A stretch of DNA of 58,918 nt, filler included, from Platydemus manokwari (taxonomy: Eukaryota), in the NCBI GenBank assembly GCA_037951405.1. It is 5 parts of 5 records of this genome, joined end to end, with 100 filler letters (N's around TTAATTAATTAA, not from the genome) between each part and the next. Parts side by side here need not be neighbours in the genome. Positions count along the whole stretch, not along the records: positions 41,584 to 58,918 come from JBBMOY011104775.1; 4 more parts are not named here. One strand, written 5' to 3'. Made by a program: the position numbers and the translations under genes. Below the pieces are notes generated by a model. The model was not told where the DNA came from. It ran no database searches and saw only the letters and a list, made by a program, of their open reading frames with translations. Below are positions 41,876-53,219 of this stretch, in pieces. Each line of letters opens with the position of its first letter. Within the stretch, counting starts at the first letter, position 1.

Positions 41876-42345
41876 CTAACTCATTGGGTAGCCCTTAATA
41901 GGATTATAATATATGAGAATAATTTCAGACTCACCCCATATTCCGGAGGAATTCGGACAACGGTGGATGAAAATATGTAATTATTTTTTTTTCGTCTTCT
42001 ACGGCACAATACAATTATTCCACCAACAATAATTCCGACGATAATAATCGCTAGAACTGAAAAGATCAATGTGGGAACAATTTTGGAATCATTTTTATCG
42101 TCATCATCGTCATCGGATTTCTTTTTTTTATCATCGTCATCATGTTTGTCTTTACATCGGCCACTACCCATACTTAATCGGCAGTCATCACAGCATTCAT
42201 AAACCCATGGTCTGTCGTAATTCTCACAACAAAAGTTTGGGCACATTCTATGAATTTTTCTGCAAAACTCCAAAGCCTGACATTGTGGAATTTCGATGAG
42301 AATAATCGACAATAAAATCAACGTCGAAACCAAAATGAATTGCAT
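41876..42345 (-). CDS. Small type-I membrane protein, Shisa-like/WBP1/VOPP1/CYYR1-like (Cys-rich ectodomain, TM, PPxY)
   Basis: ATG 42345. Signal peptide MQFILVSTLILLSIILIEIPQCQA, Cys pattern C..C..CC..CC..C..C, D/K-rich spacer, TM LIFSVLAIIIVGIIVGGIIVLC, stop-transfer RRRRKK, then PPEY. A GTGAGT donor at 41934 and a 41-nt intron lead to a final exon 41876-41893 (GYPMS*). About 142 aa. Confidence 0.75.
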
Positions 42346-44430
42346 TGCAAGAATTGAATATAATCTTACAACGAAATTGATCCAAATAAAAAGTGATTGT
42401 TGAGCATCATTGATCACATATCAAAGGTCTCAATCGAAATATGATATAGAATATAATCAAAACTACTTAATAATTATCTTTCAATTTATAAACACGTGAC
42501 TTCTAGTCACATATGGCTCGATAGCCATTTAATAATTCACATTTAATTATATTATCAAAGCCGGTTTAGAATATCGTAGCACAAATTCATTTGTCAGTAA
42601 ATAATTAAATAAATAAATCACAAATAAATTGTTGATAATTGGTTTTCAGGACTTTCAGTTGTGGGTTCTTCGAGATTATTATTTGGATTTAAAAAAGGTT
42701 ATCGTCAGAGTTTAATATCTCAAAGAAATTTTAATTCTTGCTTAATCGATAAAATAAAAAATATCAAAAAAACTATCTGGTCACAATCTTTATTGATAAG
42801 GATAAAATAATAATTTCGATAAAATAAAATCATCAACATTAAAACGAAAGTCGATCATAACTGATGTTATCATTGATTGGTGAGTGTAGATATTATAAAT
42901 CATTATAAAATAAGTTGATAAATTTATTTTAAACAAACCTTGTATGATAAAAAACCAATTATAATCAAGAATATTAATATAAAGACTATCTGTGATTAGA
43001 ATTGATTCGTTTGTTTAAATATTGATTTTTGAGTGAAATTTTAAATTTTCAAAATCTACGTTTTCGTTTTTAAAGGCTTTCCGAACTAAATTTTCAAATG
43101 AAAGATATAAAGTGTCAAACACAATCTTGGGAATCATTTTTATTTTCACTGAGCCTCGTTCTAATCATTCGAAGATGGTTTTTTGTTTTTCTCTACTTTT
43201 GTGATGTAACAACAATAAACATGATAATGTAATAATAATAAGCTATTAAATACCAAGCTAATATTTCAATTCTGAGTCTGATGATCATATGTTATATAGC
43301 GGCAAAATAGAAAGACGATATTTGGTGGTACGAACTCAATCATAAATCTCCGGGGAAATATCTAGAATAAAGAGATTTAGATTTTAATTGTTAACTGGGT
43401 GTGTTACAATATTAAATTCCTTACGGATGACATTCCTCCCTCTATATATGATAAAAAATTATGAATTGCTGGAAGAAATGTGATGAAAGAGTGATTAATG
43501 ATGATATAGGAGAAAATGTTGATATAAAAATCAAACCCATTTTTTATGTGCGGGACGGAAATAAGTTAGAAATGAATGGATAGAGATGATCATGCAAATT
43601 TAATCAGATAACTTATAAACCAATAAACTGAGATTTGCAAATTTTATTTTTTCGAGGCCTTCATGCATTCTGAAATATTCTCGAAACATTTAGAAGCAAA
43701 ATTAAGATGTTTATCAATATGTTTTAGGCAATCCTCATACACTTTACCCTTCTCCCGGTGTGTACAAATTCTGAATACAATTAGAGAGCTAAACCTGACA
43801 AATCTTCCACACGAGAATCTATAGAAATCGTGCAATGTTTTTGGTTGGGTCGACTTGAAGTAGAAAAACTAGATCCACTAAAATAAGTTGATCGAAATTA
43901 GAAGAAAAAACATAAAAAAATTCATTACATTTTTGTATTTGTTTTAGGTCAGTGATATAAATGGGAAATTTCTATCAGATTCCACTGCAACCTTGTTCTA
44001 ATTTCAAAGCCAAATTGAAATGAGTTTTTGTCAGATAAGAATCTCAACGAGATTTATCTGAAGCCATGAATATCCCGTAAATACTTAAGCTCTGACTTCG
44101 ATGAGACATCATTTCTTCAAAATAATACCTCGTGTTTAAATTATTATTTTTATAAGGTTTCTTTTAATAAATGTGTTAGTATGCACTAAATGGTTTTTGA
44201 GATCGACTTACTAATCGATTTATGCTATTTGAGAATAGTTATTAGCCCATAATCGTACGTACAGGGATAATGAAAACCTACACTTTACTGGATTTATACA
44301 CGAGGTAATTAATAACAAAGGAATTTAAAAGTATCAAACCAATGGAAGTATATATTTTAAAATATTAATAACGATAGGAATAATATTTATTAACGATAAT
44401 TAATCAAATATTTTATCGACGTTCATATCG

Positions 44431-46233
44431 ATGGAATTTGAAAAATTCAGTCCACCTCGATTGCCGAAAAATTTGAAATCAAACAATTCAGAATTTCGGT
44501 ATGATTCTTGTCCGATCGACAGGCATTTCAATTCACCATCGAAATTAGTTCATCATTTAGGTGAACTACAGTTAGATAATGAATCACAATTATTTCAAAC
44601 ACCCAAAAATAATAAATCTTCTCGTAAAAGTACGGTGGCTGCTTATCAAAGAGTTTTCACCAAATATTCACCCTCTACTGAAACCGTTTCAAGTCCATTG
44701 AAAGCCTCACAAGTAAATCTCCAAAACGTTATCATGGAAACATCGGATACTTATATTGATATAAGCATATGGGTTGTTAATTTGAGCGAGCAATTCTTTT
44801 ACGACAATACTCTTCTTCTGTTGAATGGATCAAAGACCAATACGAATCAAATGAAACTCGTTATTCGCAGCAATTCCAAGCCTCCTGACGTTAGTTTCTT
44901 TGAAAAATTGGAGAATATCATTTATCTTGGAAAGGGAGCATTTGGGAAAGTGTACAGTTGCACTGATCTCCATACACAGACCCGATACGCCATCAAATAT
45001 ATCACGCCTGATTCGAAAGATTTCGTTAATCATTGTAAGCAGATCCTTAATTATATGGCTGAACGAAATTCCATTATTCGGGCCATGAACAGTCCATTTG
45101 TTGTCAAGTTTTTTTTTTCATTTCAAACGAAATCTGTTGGAGGCTTGTTTCTGTTTTTCGAATATTGTATCGGTGATTTGTACACTTTTATTACCCAAAT
45201 CGCCCACGGTGATTATTCCGAAATTTCATATAAGTTAGAGAATAATAATAAAGAAATAATTATGGAGTTGGATAAAAATATTGACGTTCTCGACGTATCG
45301 TTGTTATATATTTTTGAATTGTTTTGTGGACTCGATTTTTTGGTCCATTCGAATATCGTTCATCAGGATATCAAACCAGATAATCTCATGATTTCTGAAA
45401 CTCTTCATTTGAAAATAGCAGATTTTGGTTTGGTATATCGAACGAGAACGATTCATAGAAGATCTAACAAACTGCTGGTGAATCACAATGACATTGATAA
45501 AGCTGAAAGTAGCAATTATCATTTGTATATTGAAGGCACATATTATTATCAAGATTTCGAGATTAAGTTGATGGAATTAGATCGAGAAGGAAATCCTATG
45601 CTGGATGAAGTCTTAGAAAACAACACTCTCTTCGACACTCCAGGAATTTCCTATGATGATGACAATTTGAAGCCAGTATTTCTAACTGATACCTGGGCAG
45701 CTGGTATTGTATCGATTAATTTACTGTTTAGAGGATTCGATTTGTTTGATCCGGACTTGTTAGAAAATAAAAACCTGACGAACGTACCACAATCGAACTC
45801 AAACGAATTTCTCGTCCATCTTGTTGGTCGACAGTGTTTCTATAAAAAGTACATTTACCAAGGATTGATAAACGCTGGTGGAGAATGCCACCGAGAATTG
45901 ATGGAATTTCTTTCATCGATTTTCCAACCTCGACCAACTCGATCAAGCAATTTTGTGAAAGAAAAGACAATATATCATTTCACCGAAAAACGTTCCATGA
46001 AATATATTGATATGTACAAAATCGAACAGTTGAAATCGTTTCGAGATCGAAATTTTAGTTGTTCAAATATTTTCCTTTTTACGGTTCCTGAAAAAATTCG
46101 AAAATATTTTCCCATACGCGACAAAGCAGTCTTTCCAACATTTAAGAATCTGTTGAGAGGTCTTTCGAGGATTACTTGTGGGGAGGAAGTAATCGATTTG
46201 ACACCGGGTTTGGTTATAAATTATTTTCATTAA
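44431..46233 (+). CDS. Intronless Ser/Thr protein kinase, AGC/Greatwall(MASTL)-like, paralog 1 (600 aa)
   Basis: Uninterrupted ORF with LGKGAFGKVY, YAIK, MAERNSII..MNSPFVVKFFFSFQ (cf. Greatwall AERDALALSKSPFIVHLYYSLQ), HQDIKPDNLMIS..LHLKIADFG, GT..Y...E and TDTWAAG. Confidence 0.93.
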   Translation: MEFEKFSPPRLPKNLKSNNSEFRYDSCPIDRHFNSPSKLVHHLGELQLDNESQLFQTPKNNKSSRKSTVAAYQRVFTKYSPSTETVSSPLKASQVNLQNVIMETSDTYIDISIWVVNLSEQFFYDNTLLLLNGSKTNTNQMKLVIRSNSKPPDVSFFEKLENIIYLGKGAFGKVYSCTDLHTQTRYAIKYITPDSKDFVNHCKQILNYMAERNSIIRAMNSPFVVKFFFSFQTKSVGGLFLFFEYCIGDLYTFITQIAHGDYSEISYKLENNNKEIIMELDKNIDVLDVSLLYIFELFCGLDFLVHSNIVHQDIKPDNLMISETLHLKIADFGLVYRTRTIHRRSNKLLVNHNDIDKAESSNYHLYIEGTYYYQDFEIKLMELDREGNPMLDEVLENNTLFDTPGISYDDDNLKPVFLTDTWAAGIVSINLLFRGFDLFDPDLLENKNLTNVPQSNSNEFLVHLVGRQCFYKKYIYQGLINAGGECHRELMEFLSSIFQPRPTRSSNFVKEKTIYHFTEKRSMKYIDMYKIEQLKSFRDRNFSCSNIFLFTVPEKIRKYFPIRDKAVFPTFKNLLRGLSRITCGEEVIDLTPGLVINYFH

Positions 46234-46434
46234 ATTTCAGTCATCATAACCGGTGAATACTTTCTTTCTTTTACGTTTCCTATGAATACTCCAACGTATC
46301 GATTATATTCTATTTCAATATCATTTGTATTTATTAATATATTTATTATAATTTATTTCGTAGAAAGTTTTATAAAAGAATTACTATAATATTCTTTATT
46401 TAATTTATTGATTACGAAACGTGTTTCAGCAAAA

Positions 46435-46860
46435 TCAGTAGAAAGATTTCTGACAACGAGAAGCATTATCTGATTCATGGTAAAGCCTCAATACATAAGG
46501 AAATTTAAATATCATATTCCAACGAAATAAACGTGTTAATTTGGTTATTTTTTTATCACTTTTAATAGCGGCCTTAAATTGTACTCGATTCCAGAGACAA
46601 ATAGAGGCTAATGGAACATGTTGGGTTTCATGTAAACACATAACTTTTAAACTTTAAATTATATTAGCCCTCATCACGATACATTACAAAATATACATTG
46701 GAATGAATTAATGATTCTGAAATATACAGCAATACATATTTTCAGGACATCAAAACATATATTGATTGAATGCAGGCAATCATTCTTTCATTCATATCGC
46801 TGACATCACATGTGTAACCCAAATCATAACCTTGAATATTTATACTGACTCATTGGAAAT
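46435..46860 (-). pseudogene. Possible LRR-GPCR transmembrane-region relic F
   Basis: IFKVMIWVTHVMS (cf. LGR TM1 LRV.IW) and SINICFDVLKICIAVYFRII (TM2-like), in broken frames. Confidence 0.25.
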
Positions 46861-48364
46861 AATCTTGTGATATATTTTATATGAATTAAAATTTTAATCC
46901 TAATTTAATATAAAATCATATTTGTATAAAATTAAATTTATTTGATTAAATATTTGTATTTAAATAGATTTGTGGTGCCTTGACTTTTCAGTTCATTTTT
47001 AATGTGTGCCCTTTAAAATAGCAGCGGCTAACAATCCTGATACAGTTCATCTAGAAGCAAATATTATAACACTATGTGGTGATGGTGTTGGACATTGTCT
47101 GATTTGTGTTATAAAAAACTGTGTTTTATCAATAAATATTTGTATATTCTTAATAAAGAATAATTATTTAAGGAACGAGATTAATGAACAAACAACGTAA
47201 TTGTTTAAGATAGTCAACAAATAGAAAGATGAATAAAGGATAATAAATTAAATTTCTACAACAACTATACAGTGATAATACAGAAAAGAAAATATAAACG
47301 AAATCTATGACGTCACTAATAATTCTCGATCAGCAATCACTAATAATTAATAGCTTTGATTTCACTAAATTCGTTTCGTTAATCTGGGGAGATTGAAAAC
47401 TCCATTTTGGATAATAAAACTGCTACAAAAATGGTAAAAGAGATTTTAGATGGACCTAATTAATTCATAAGCCAATAAATTTAATGGAAAATTAATCATT
47501 ATTGTTGAGAAAATATATCTCAAATATATCCCAACCGGTTATTTCACAAAAATTCAATTCATCCTGATAACAATCAACAATGAATCCGGCATGAAATAAT
47601 CACATCTTTGTATCGGATTTCTACAATCGATGTCTTCATTCTATGAATAATTTTCAATTTGTTTTATCATCATAATTGTTAGCCTTTATGAAAACGCCGA
47701 CAATTGGAGAAAAAAAACACCGAATGTGAATTTAAACAACAGCAAATATCAAGATAATAATAGAAATTATTTTCTTATTCAGGAAAATCAATCAGAAAAT
47801 AAATCGTAATTCAAGATGCTCACAATTTTCCAATCACAGAACTGTTAAATATTTTTTTACAAAAATAGTGATAATAAGGGAAAACAGAAGAGATTATCTT
47901 TATAACCAAAAAATACGAGCAAATTAAAAAATAAAAGGCCAATCATTATTAAAATTGATCGAAATAAAGGACATAAATAAATAAAATTAATAAAATAATA
48001 CTGTTAAGACCTCTTAAGTTGGATTTGATTGGAATGCCACAATTTATGTCAAATATGGATTATATCAAATATATTGTTTGTGTTTATTGATTGTTTATCA
48101 TAGATTTAATAAATGATTTTAAATTGGATCGTCATGACAGTAGTTTATGTGGCACTTAACCAATTCTGGATACCCCGGTAGTTACCACAAATTCTACTGA
48201 GGATTGTTATTGTTGACTTCTTAGAGTATTTTACAAAATAACATTTAAAATAAATAATAAAATGATTATTAAAATATGTATGTTTGTTTATCTGAATTAT
48301 ATATATTATTATTATTGAATTTATCATTGAATTATTATTGAATTTGTTTAATCAAATTTTCCTC

Positions 48365-49060
48365 ACATCCTCCCATTTAAAATTATTAATTTTCTCCACA
48401 TTCCGTTTTATCATTGTACCATTTTTATCTTGTAATCGGTAACTCCCTTTATGGTTCTTTCCTATCACTTCATACGTGCCATCATATCTTTCTCAGTCTT
48501 TGTCCGGGACTTCTTTTATTACTAATACCTTGTCACCTATCTTAAATTTGGGTTTTGTTGTTTCCACCATTTTTCCACCGTCTTTCCAAAAATGTTTCCT
48601 TTAATTTCTACTCTGTCTACTGTGCTGTTGGCATGTCATTGTTATTTGTTTATTTTCCTCCCAAATATAACTTCTACTGGACTAATATCAATCATTTTTT
48701 GCGCCGTACCATTCAATGTGCATTTGATCTCAGATAATATTGAAACACACTTCGTGTTTTACATATTTTTTTCTACAGAAATGTTATAGTCTCTTTTTAT
48801 TCTAAATTGTTGCTCAATTTATCCAAATATTTTTATGATGATACGGACTGACAAAATTAGATTTGTTCCTATTCTAAAAGCCATCTCTTTGATTCGTAGT
48901 GACTCAAGGCACTTACCATAATCTACATATATTTATTTTGGTGTACCGTATTTTAAAACACATTGTTTCTGAATCACTTTTTTAATGTTTGTGGTTGTGA
49001 TTATTTCTGATTTATTATTACAAACATATACTCGAATTGATGACAGGTTTCTTCTAGAGC
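48365..49060 (-). mobile_element. Degenerate Ty3/Gypsy integrase 3' end with GPY/F module, polypurine tract and LTR start
   Basis: KYGTPK*IYVDYGKCLES, SPYHHKIFG*IEQQFR, LNGTAQKMIDISPVEVIFGRKI, FKIGDKVLV...RYDGTYEV...YRLQDKNG...RNVEKL, followed by GGGAGGA|TGT (PPT plus LTR TG) at ~48365-48374. Confidence 0.8.
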
Positions 49061-49560
49061 GTTACTTTTCATAATTGTGATGGCTTAATTTAAATGATAA
49101 AACAAATCTAAGTCGCGGATGCAGGTTGGTTACAAATCCTTGTTGAAAATGCTTGCTCATGATGTACAACAAAATCAAGAAGCGCAACCTGAAAGTGATT
49201 AAGCATAGTTTCGTGCATCAAAAAGCAAACTTAACGTCTCTGCTGGTTTTATTTTGAAAGATCTACCTGCTATAAACTTACTCGACATACTATCTTAAAT
49301 TAATCATAATCATGATTTCATTATTTTGTTTTCTCTTTCATCTTTTTAGCTTCTATTCATTTACATATATTACTATTTCACAACGATTTAAGTAAACCAT
49401 TTTGAAAATATTTTGCAGAAATTTTTTATATAGGGGAAAATATAAAAATATTTCGTAATATTAAATAATGGAAATAATTAATCAATTAATTTAATTAATA
49501 CATATTGATATTCAAATCTGAACTATTCGTGTTGTTCTGGTAATTTGATAGGCTAATAAT

Positions 49561-51405
49561 ATGCGATTAAGGAGTCATGTTAATGTTCCTGAACCAGCGG
49601 AGATTCCAATTCAGACATGTGTTGTCAAAAGACGTAAGTTGCCTCTCGATAATACAGGTACCTGTCCATTACAAAAAGAAACAACAGTAGATCAACCACG
49701 GCCCGTAAGAAAGAAACGTTCAAAAAAAGAACCTGAAAAATCCTTGCTCACTACTCCACAAACCAAATCTACCACTTCTTTGATCAAGCCAGATTATAGG
49801 AAAAGCACGACTGCTGGATGGTCAAGAGCATTTATGAAATTTTCACCAACAACCGAAACAAAAGTTAGTCCACTGAAAGCATCTCAGATTAATTTGCAGC
49901 ACATTGTATTTAAACGTTATGAACCATATCTGGATGTCTTTACTTGGGTAGTTAACATGAGTGAACAGTTCTTTTATGATAACACACTTCTATTATTAAA
50001 CAGCTCAAAGGCAGATGCAAGTCTGATGAAGAAACGAATTCGACACAATTATAAAGAGGTTGATGTGCATTTCTTTAAAAGTTTAGCTCAAATAACATTA
50101 CTTGGTAAGGGTGCTTTTGGTAGTGTATATAAAGCTACCGACAGCATCACAAATAAGAATTATGCTATCAAATATATCAGTTCAAAATCAAAAAGTGTTC
50201 TCGAACATTGTAGAAACATTTTAGATTATATGGCCGAACGAAATTCAATTGTTCGAGCAATGAATAGTCCTTTTGTTATGAAATTTTATTATTCACTTTA
50301 TTTGAAATCGGCTGAAGGATTATTTTTGTTTTTCGAATATTGTATCGGTGATCTTCATACTTATATGTCTCAAATATCTATTGACGACTACATTAAACTA
50401 TCAGAAAGATTGTTCAAAAACGAATCTGGAATCATACAGGACTTGGATAAAGATATTGGCGTGCTTGATGTGACGTTGATGTATATTTTTGAAATGTTTT
50501 GCGGGCTCGATTTTCTAGTTCAAGCTAACATCATTCATCAAGACATCAAACCGGAAAATTTAATGGTTTCAGAGATTCTGCATTTGAAAATTGGAGACTT
50601 TGGTTTGATATATCGAACTCGAACAATCCACCGAGACACAAATAAAATGTTGGTGAATCATGACGATATCGATACGACTGAGAGTAGCAATTATGCATTG
50701 TCGATCGATGGAACCCATGATTATGAAGATTTGGAAATTAAACTCATGGAATTGGAAGATGCTTCCGATCCACTCTTTAATGATGTTATAGAGAATAGCA
50801 AACGTTTTAATGTCAATTTACGATATGATACAGATATATTGGTACCAACCTTTCTCACGGATACCTGGGCAGCTGGAATCACATGTATAAATCTACTGTT
50901 TCGAGGATTTCATCTGTTTGATCCAGAAATGATCAGTGATGAGATTTTAAAAGGTGTACCTCGAACGAGTCTCAATGAATTCCTTGTCCACGTAACGACG
51001 CGGCGAAATCTGTATAAGAAATATGTTTATGGTGGTCTTGTGAATTCTGGTGGCAGTTGCCATAAGGAATTGATGGAATTTATCGCTTCCATCTTTGTAC
51101 CAAGAGAAATACGATCGAAAGGATATACGAAAAAAAAGTCCATTTATAAATACAGTAAGAAAATGAAGCTCAATTACATCGATATGGTTAAATTAGAAAA
51201 AATCAAATCTTTCAAAGATCGAGGTTTCAATTCGAAAAATATTTTCACATACATCGTACCGGAAAAAGTCAGAAAATTCTTTAAAAAAACCACCAAACCC
51301 AAATTTGCAACATTTGAATTGTTGCTGGAATCGATCGCCAAAAAGTCGTGTGGAAAATCTTTAATTGATCTCAAACCAGGCTTGACAATTAATTACTTTC
51401 AATAA
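49561..51405 (+). CDS. Intronless Ser/Thr protein kinase, AGC/Greatwall-like, paralog 2 (614 aa)
   Basis: Uninterrupted ORF with LGKGAFGSVY, YAIK, HQDIKPEN, DFG and TDTWAAG. Colinear with paralog 1 (identical blocks SEQFFYDNTLLLLN, GLFLFFEYCIGDL, YRTRTIHR, INLLFRGF). AATAAA overlaps the stop and recurs ~45-65 nt downstream. Confidence 0.93.
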   Translation: MRLRSHVNVPEPAEIPIQTCVVKRRKLPLDNTGTCPLQKETTVDQPRPVRKKRSKKEPEKSLLTTPQTKSTTSLIKPDYRKSTTAGWSRAFMKFSPTTETKVSPLKASQINLQHIVFKRYEPYLDVFTWVVNMSEQFFYDNTLLLLNSSKADASLMKKRIRHNYKEVDVHFFKSLAQITLLGKGAFGSVYKATDSITNKNYAIKYISSKSKSVLEHCRNILDYMAERNSIVRAMNSPFVMKFYYSLYLKSAEGLFLFFEYCIGDLHTYMSQISIDDYIKLSERLFKNESGIIQDLDKDIGVLDVTLMYIFEMFCGLDFLVQANIIHQDIKPENLMVSEILHLKIGDFGLIYRTRTIHRDTNKMLVNHDDIDTTESSNYALSIDGTHDYEDLEIKLMELEDASDPLFNDVIENSKRFNVNLRYDTDILVPTFLTDTWAAGITCINLLFRGFHLFDPEMISDEILKGVPRTSLNEFLVHVTTRRNLYKKYVYGGLVNSGGSCHKELMEFIASIFVPREIRSKGYTKKKSIYKYSKKMKLNYIDMVKLEKIKSFKDRGFNSKNIFTYIVPEKVRKFFKKTTKPKFATFELLLESIAKKSCGKSLIDLKPGLTINYFQ

Positions 51406-53219
51406 ATCAAATCACATATTTCTGGTGATCAAGTTTTATTTTATTGACAATAAAAATTTATTGAATAAAGATTTTAATTATGGTTGTGATTTTCACTTTT
51501 TAATAACCGTGAGTAAATAATATTGTCGGGTTTTCAATCAATAACTTATACTTATCGTAAAAATCAATCTATCACATTGTTGTACTTTAACCCGACAGAT
51601 GAGCTCGAATATTAAATAAAATCAAACACATTCGTGGAAATTTTTCATCGTTTACTAGTAACTAAAATAGATGTTGTTTAGACAAAAAGTCTTGGGAAAA
51701 GTTCAAGTTGAGTCTTCCTTTAAAAATTTGATTGTAAAGTGCGATTTAATGACCTTGTTTTCATTCAATCCAATTCAATGATTGATAAATCATCTTGTCA
51801 AAGATTTTTAACAAAAAATGTTTCCATCTATATTGCTGTTCAATCAGCCCGAGTTTTTCAGTCTTTGCCGTTCTGGGTTTTTTTTAATTCTGATTTTAAG
51901 TCGGAATCACTTCCGGAATTTATTCTTCTCTCTAGATTTCAATTCGATGAGTATTTTAAACATATTTTTATTTATTTCTGGTTCCGATGTCAAATATTAA
52001 ATTTATTTTTTATCTTAATCACTAATGGAGAAGGGTTTTTGATTAATATTTAATTATCTGGAATTAAATTTATTCTGCACGATTAATTTATCGATTACTG
52101 AATTGAATTTTATGGGTATTTATTTATCCTCTGGTACACTGTCCCGTCTATCTGAGTAAAGTATCAATCTGTCTATATTTTTCCAACAATACAAAACACA
52201 ACCCCACAATCTCTGCAAACACATTTCTTGCTCGGTTCTATTTCATATTTAGAGAGTTTTGGGAACGCAATCAATATTTGAACGGAATGTGCTGATTGTC
52301 TTCAGTAGTCATGCTATTTTAAAACCTACTTGAATGAATATTATCATAATTATTTATTTTATGTGCATTTCTTTAAGAAATTAACATCTTTAATAGTTAA
52401 TACAATTTTACCGACATTTCCTGTATTAATTTATTTTTTAAAGCATTATTTTTGTCAAACAATCCAGAATTTATTAGGTCATTACTTCTCTTTATTAATA
52501 TTTTGATTATTTTATTAATTAATTATGGTTTTGATAAAATAGAATGAATTGATTTTATACAAACAAATCCAATCAAAATCAACAAAAATAATTAATCGAT
52601 ATTGATCCTAGACAATCGATATCATTGAATAAAAACAAAATCGATTCAATTATCAAGAACATTTTCCTTAAGTTTTTATTCTTATCCAATACAGATTTTG
52701 ATCTTGATTTGAAAAGTGTAATAATTGATTTTCCCTTACGTAATTCAAACAATTTCATTAAAGGTCAGTGTGAAGTGAGACTACGTCAGTGTAAACCAAT
52801 TAAAATAATCGATTGTTACAAAAATTAAAAGTTCTAAAGACTAATAAAAGAAAGGAATAGCAAAATGAATCAAAAACGATAACAATTTTAAAAAATACGA
52901 AATATATAAACAAATAATGAAGTCAATGACTATGTCGGGGGTTATGTGATGAATATTTTCTGTAATTCAATGCCATTCCTAAAACACTGGTTCTAACATT
53001 AAGATACAATTTCATAATTCTCCATCATGGTCGATGACAAATGAATTTTCTAACCCTGGGCGTTCCATTCAAACTAGACATCAGTAGCAATTTATATATT
53101 CCTCCAGTCCCATAGATGCTAGCAATTTAATACATGTATAGTATTTTTGTGGTTAATCCAAAGTATATTTTCCAACAAGCATCTTGCAATCAAGTCTAAC
53201 CTAACGGTTAAATCATACT

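Noticed and set aside
42346-42417. N-terminal extension of the 178-aa ORF
   Set aside because: Starts at a non-ATG codon. The ATG at 42345 gives a clean signal peptide, and the ORF's hydrophobic C-terminal end is probably intron read-through.
43280-43860. Coding-like fragments upstream of kinase 1
   Set aside because: No assignable motif; probably TE debris.
45152-45177. 26-nt exact DNA identity between the two kinases (TGTTTTTCGAATATTGTATCGGTGAT) as a gene-conversion tract
   Set aside because: Falls in an invariant peptide (FFEYCIGD) with few codon choices under AT bias; insufficient evidence.
49100-49260. hAT-like C..H motif (KVIKHSFVHQKANL)
   Set aside because: Single weak motif, no TIR.
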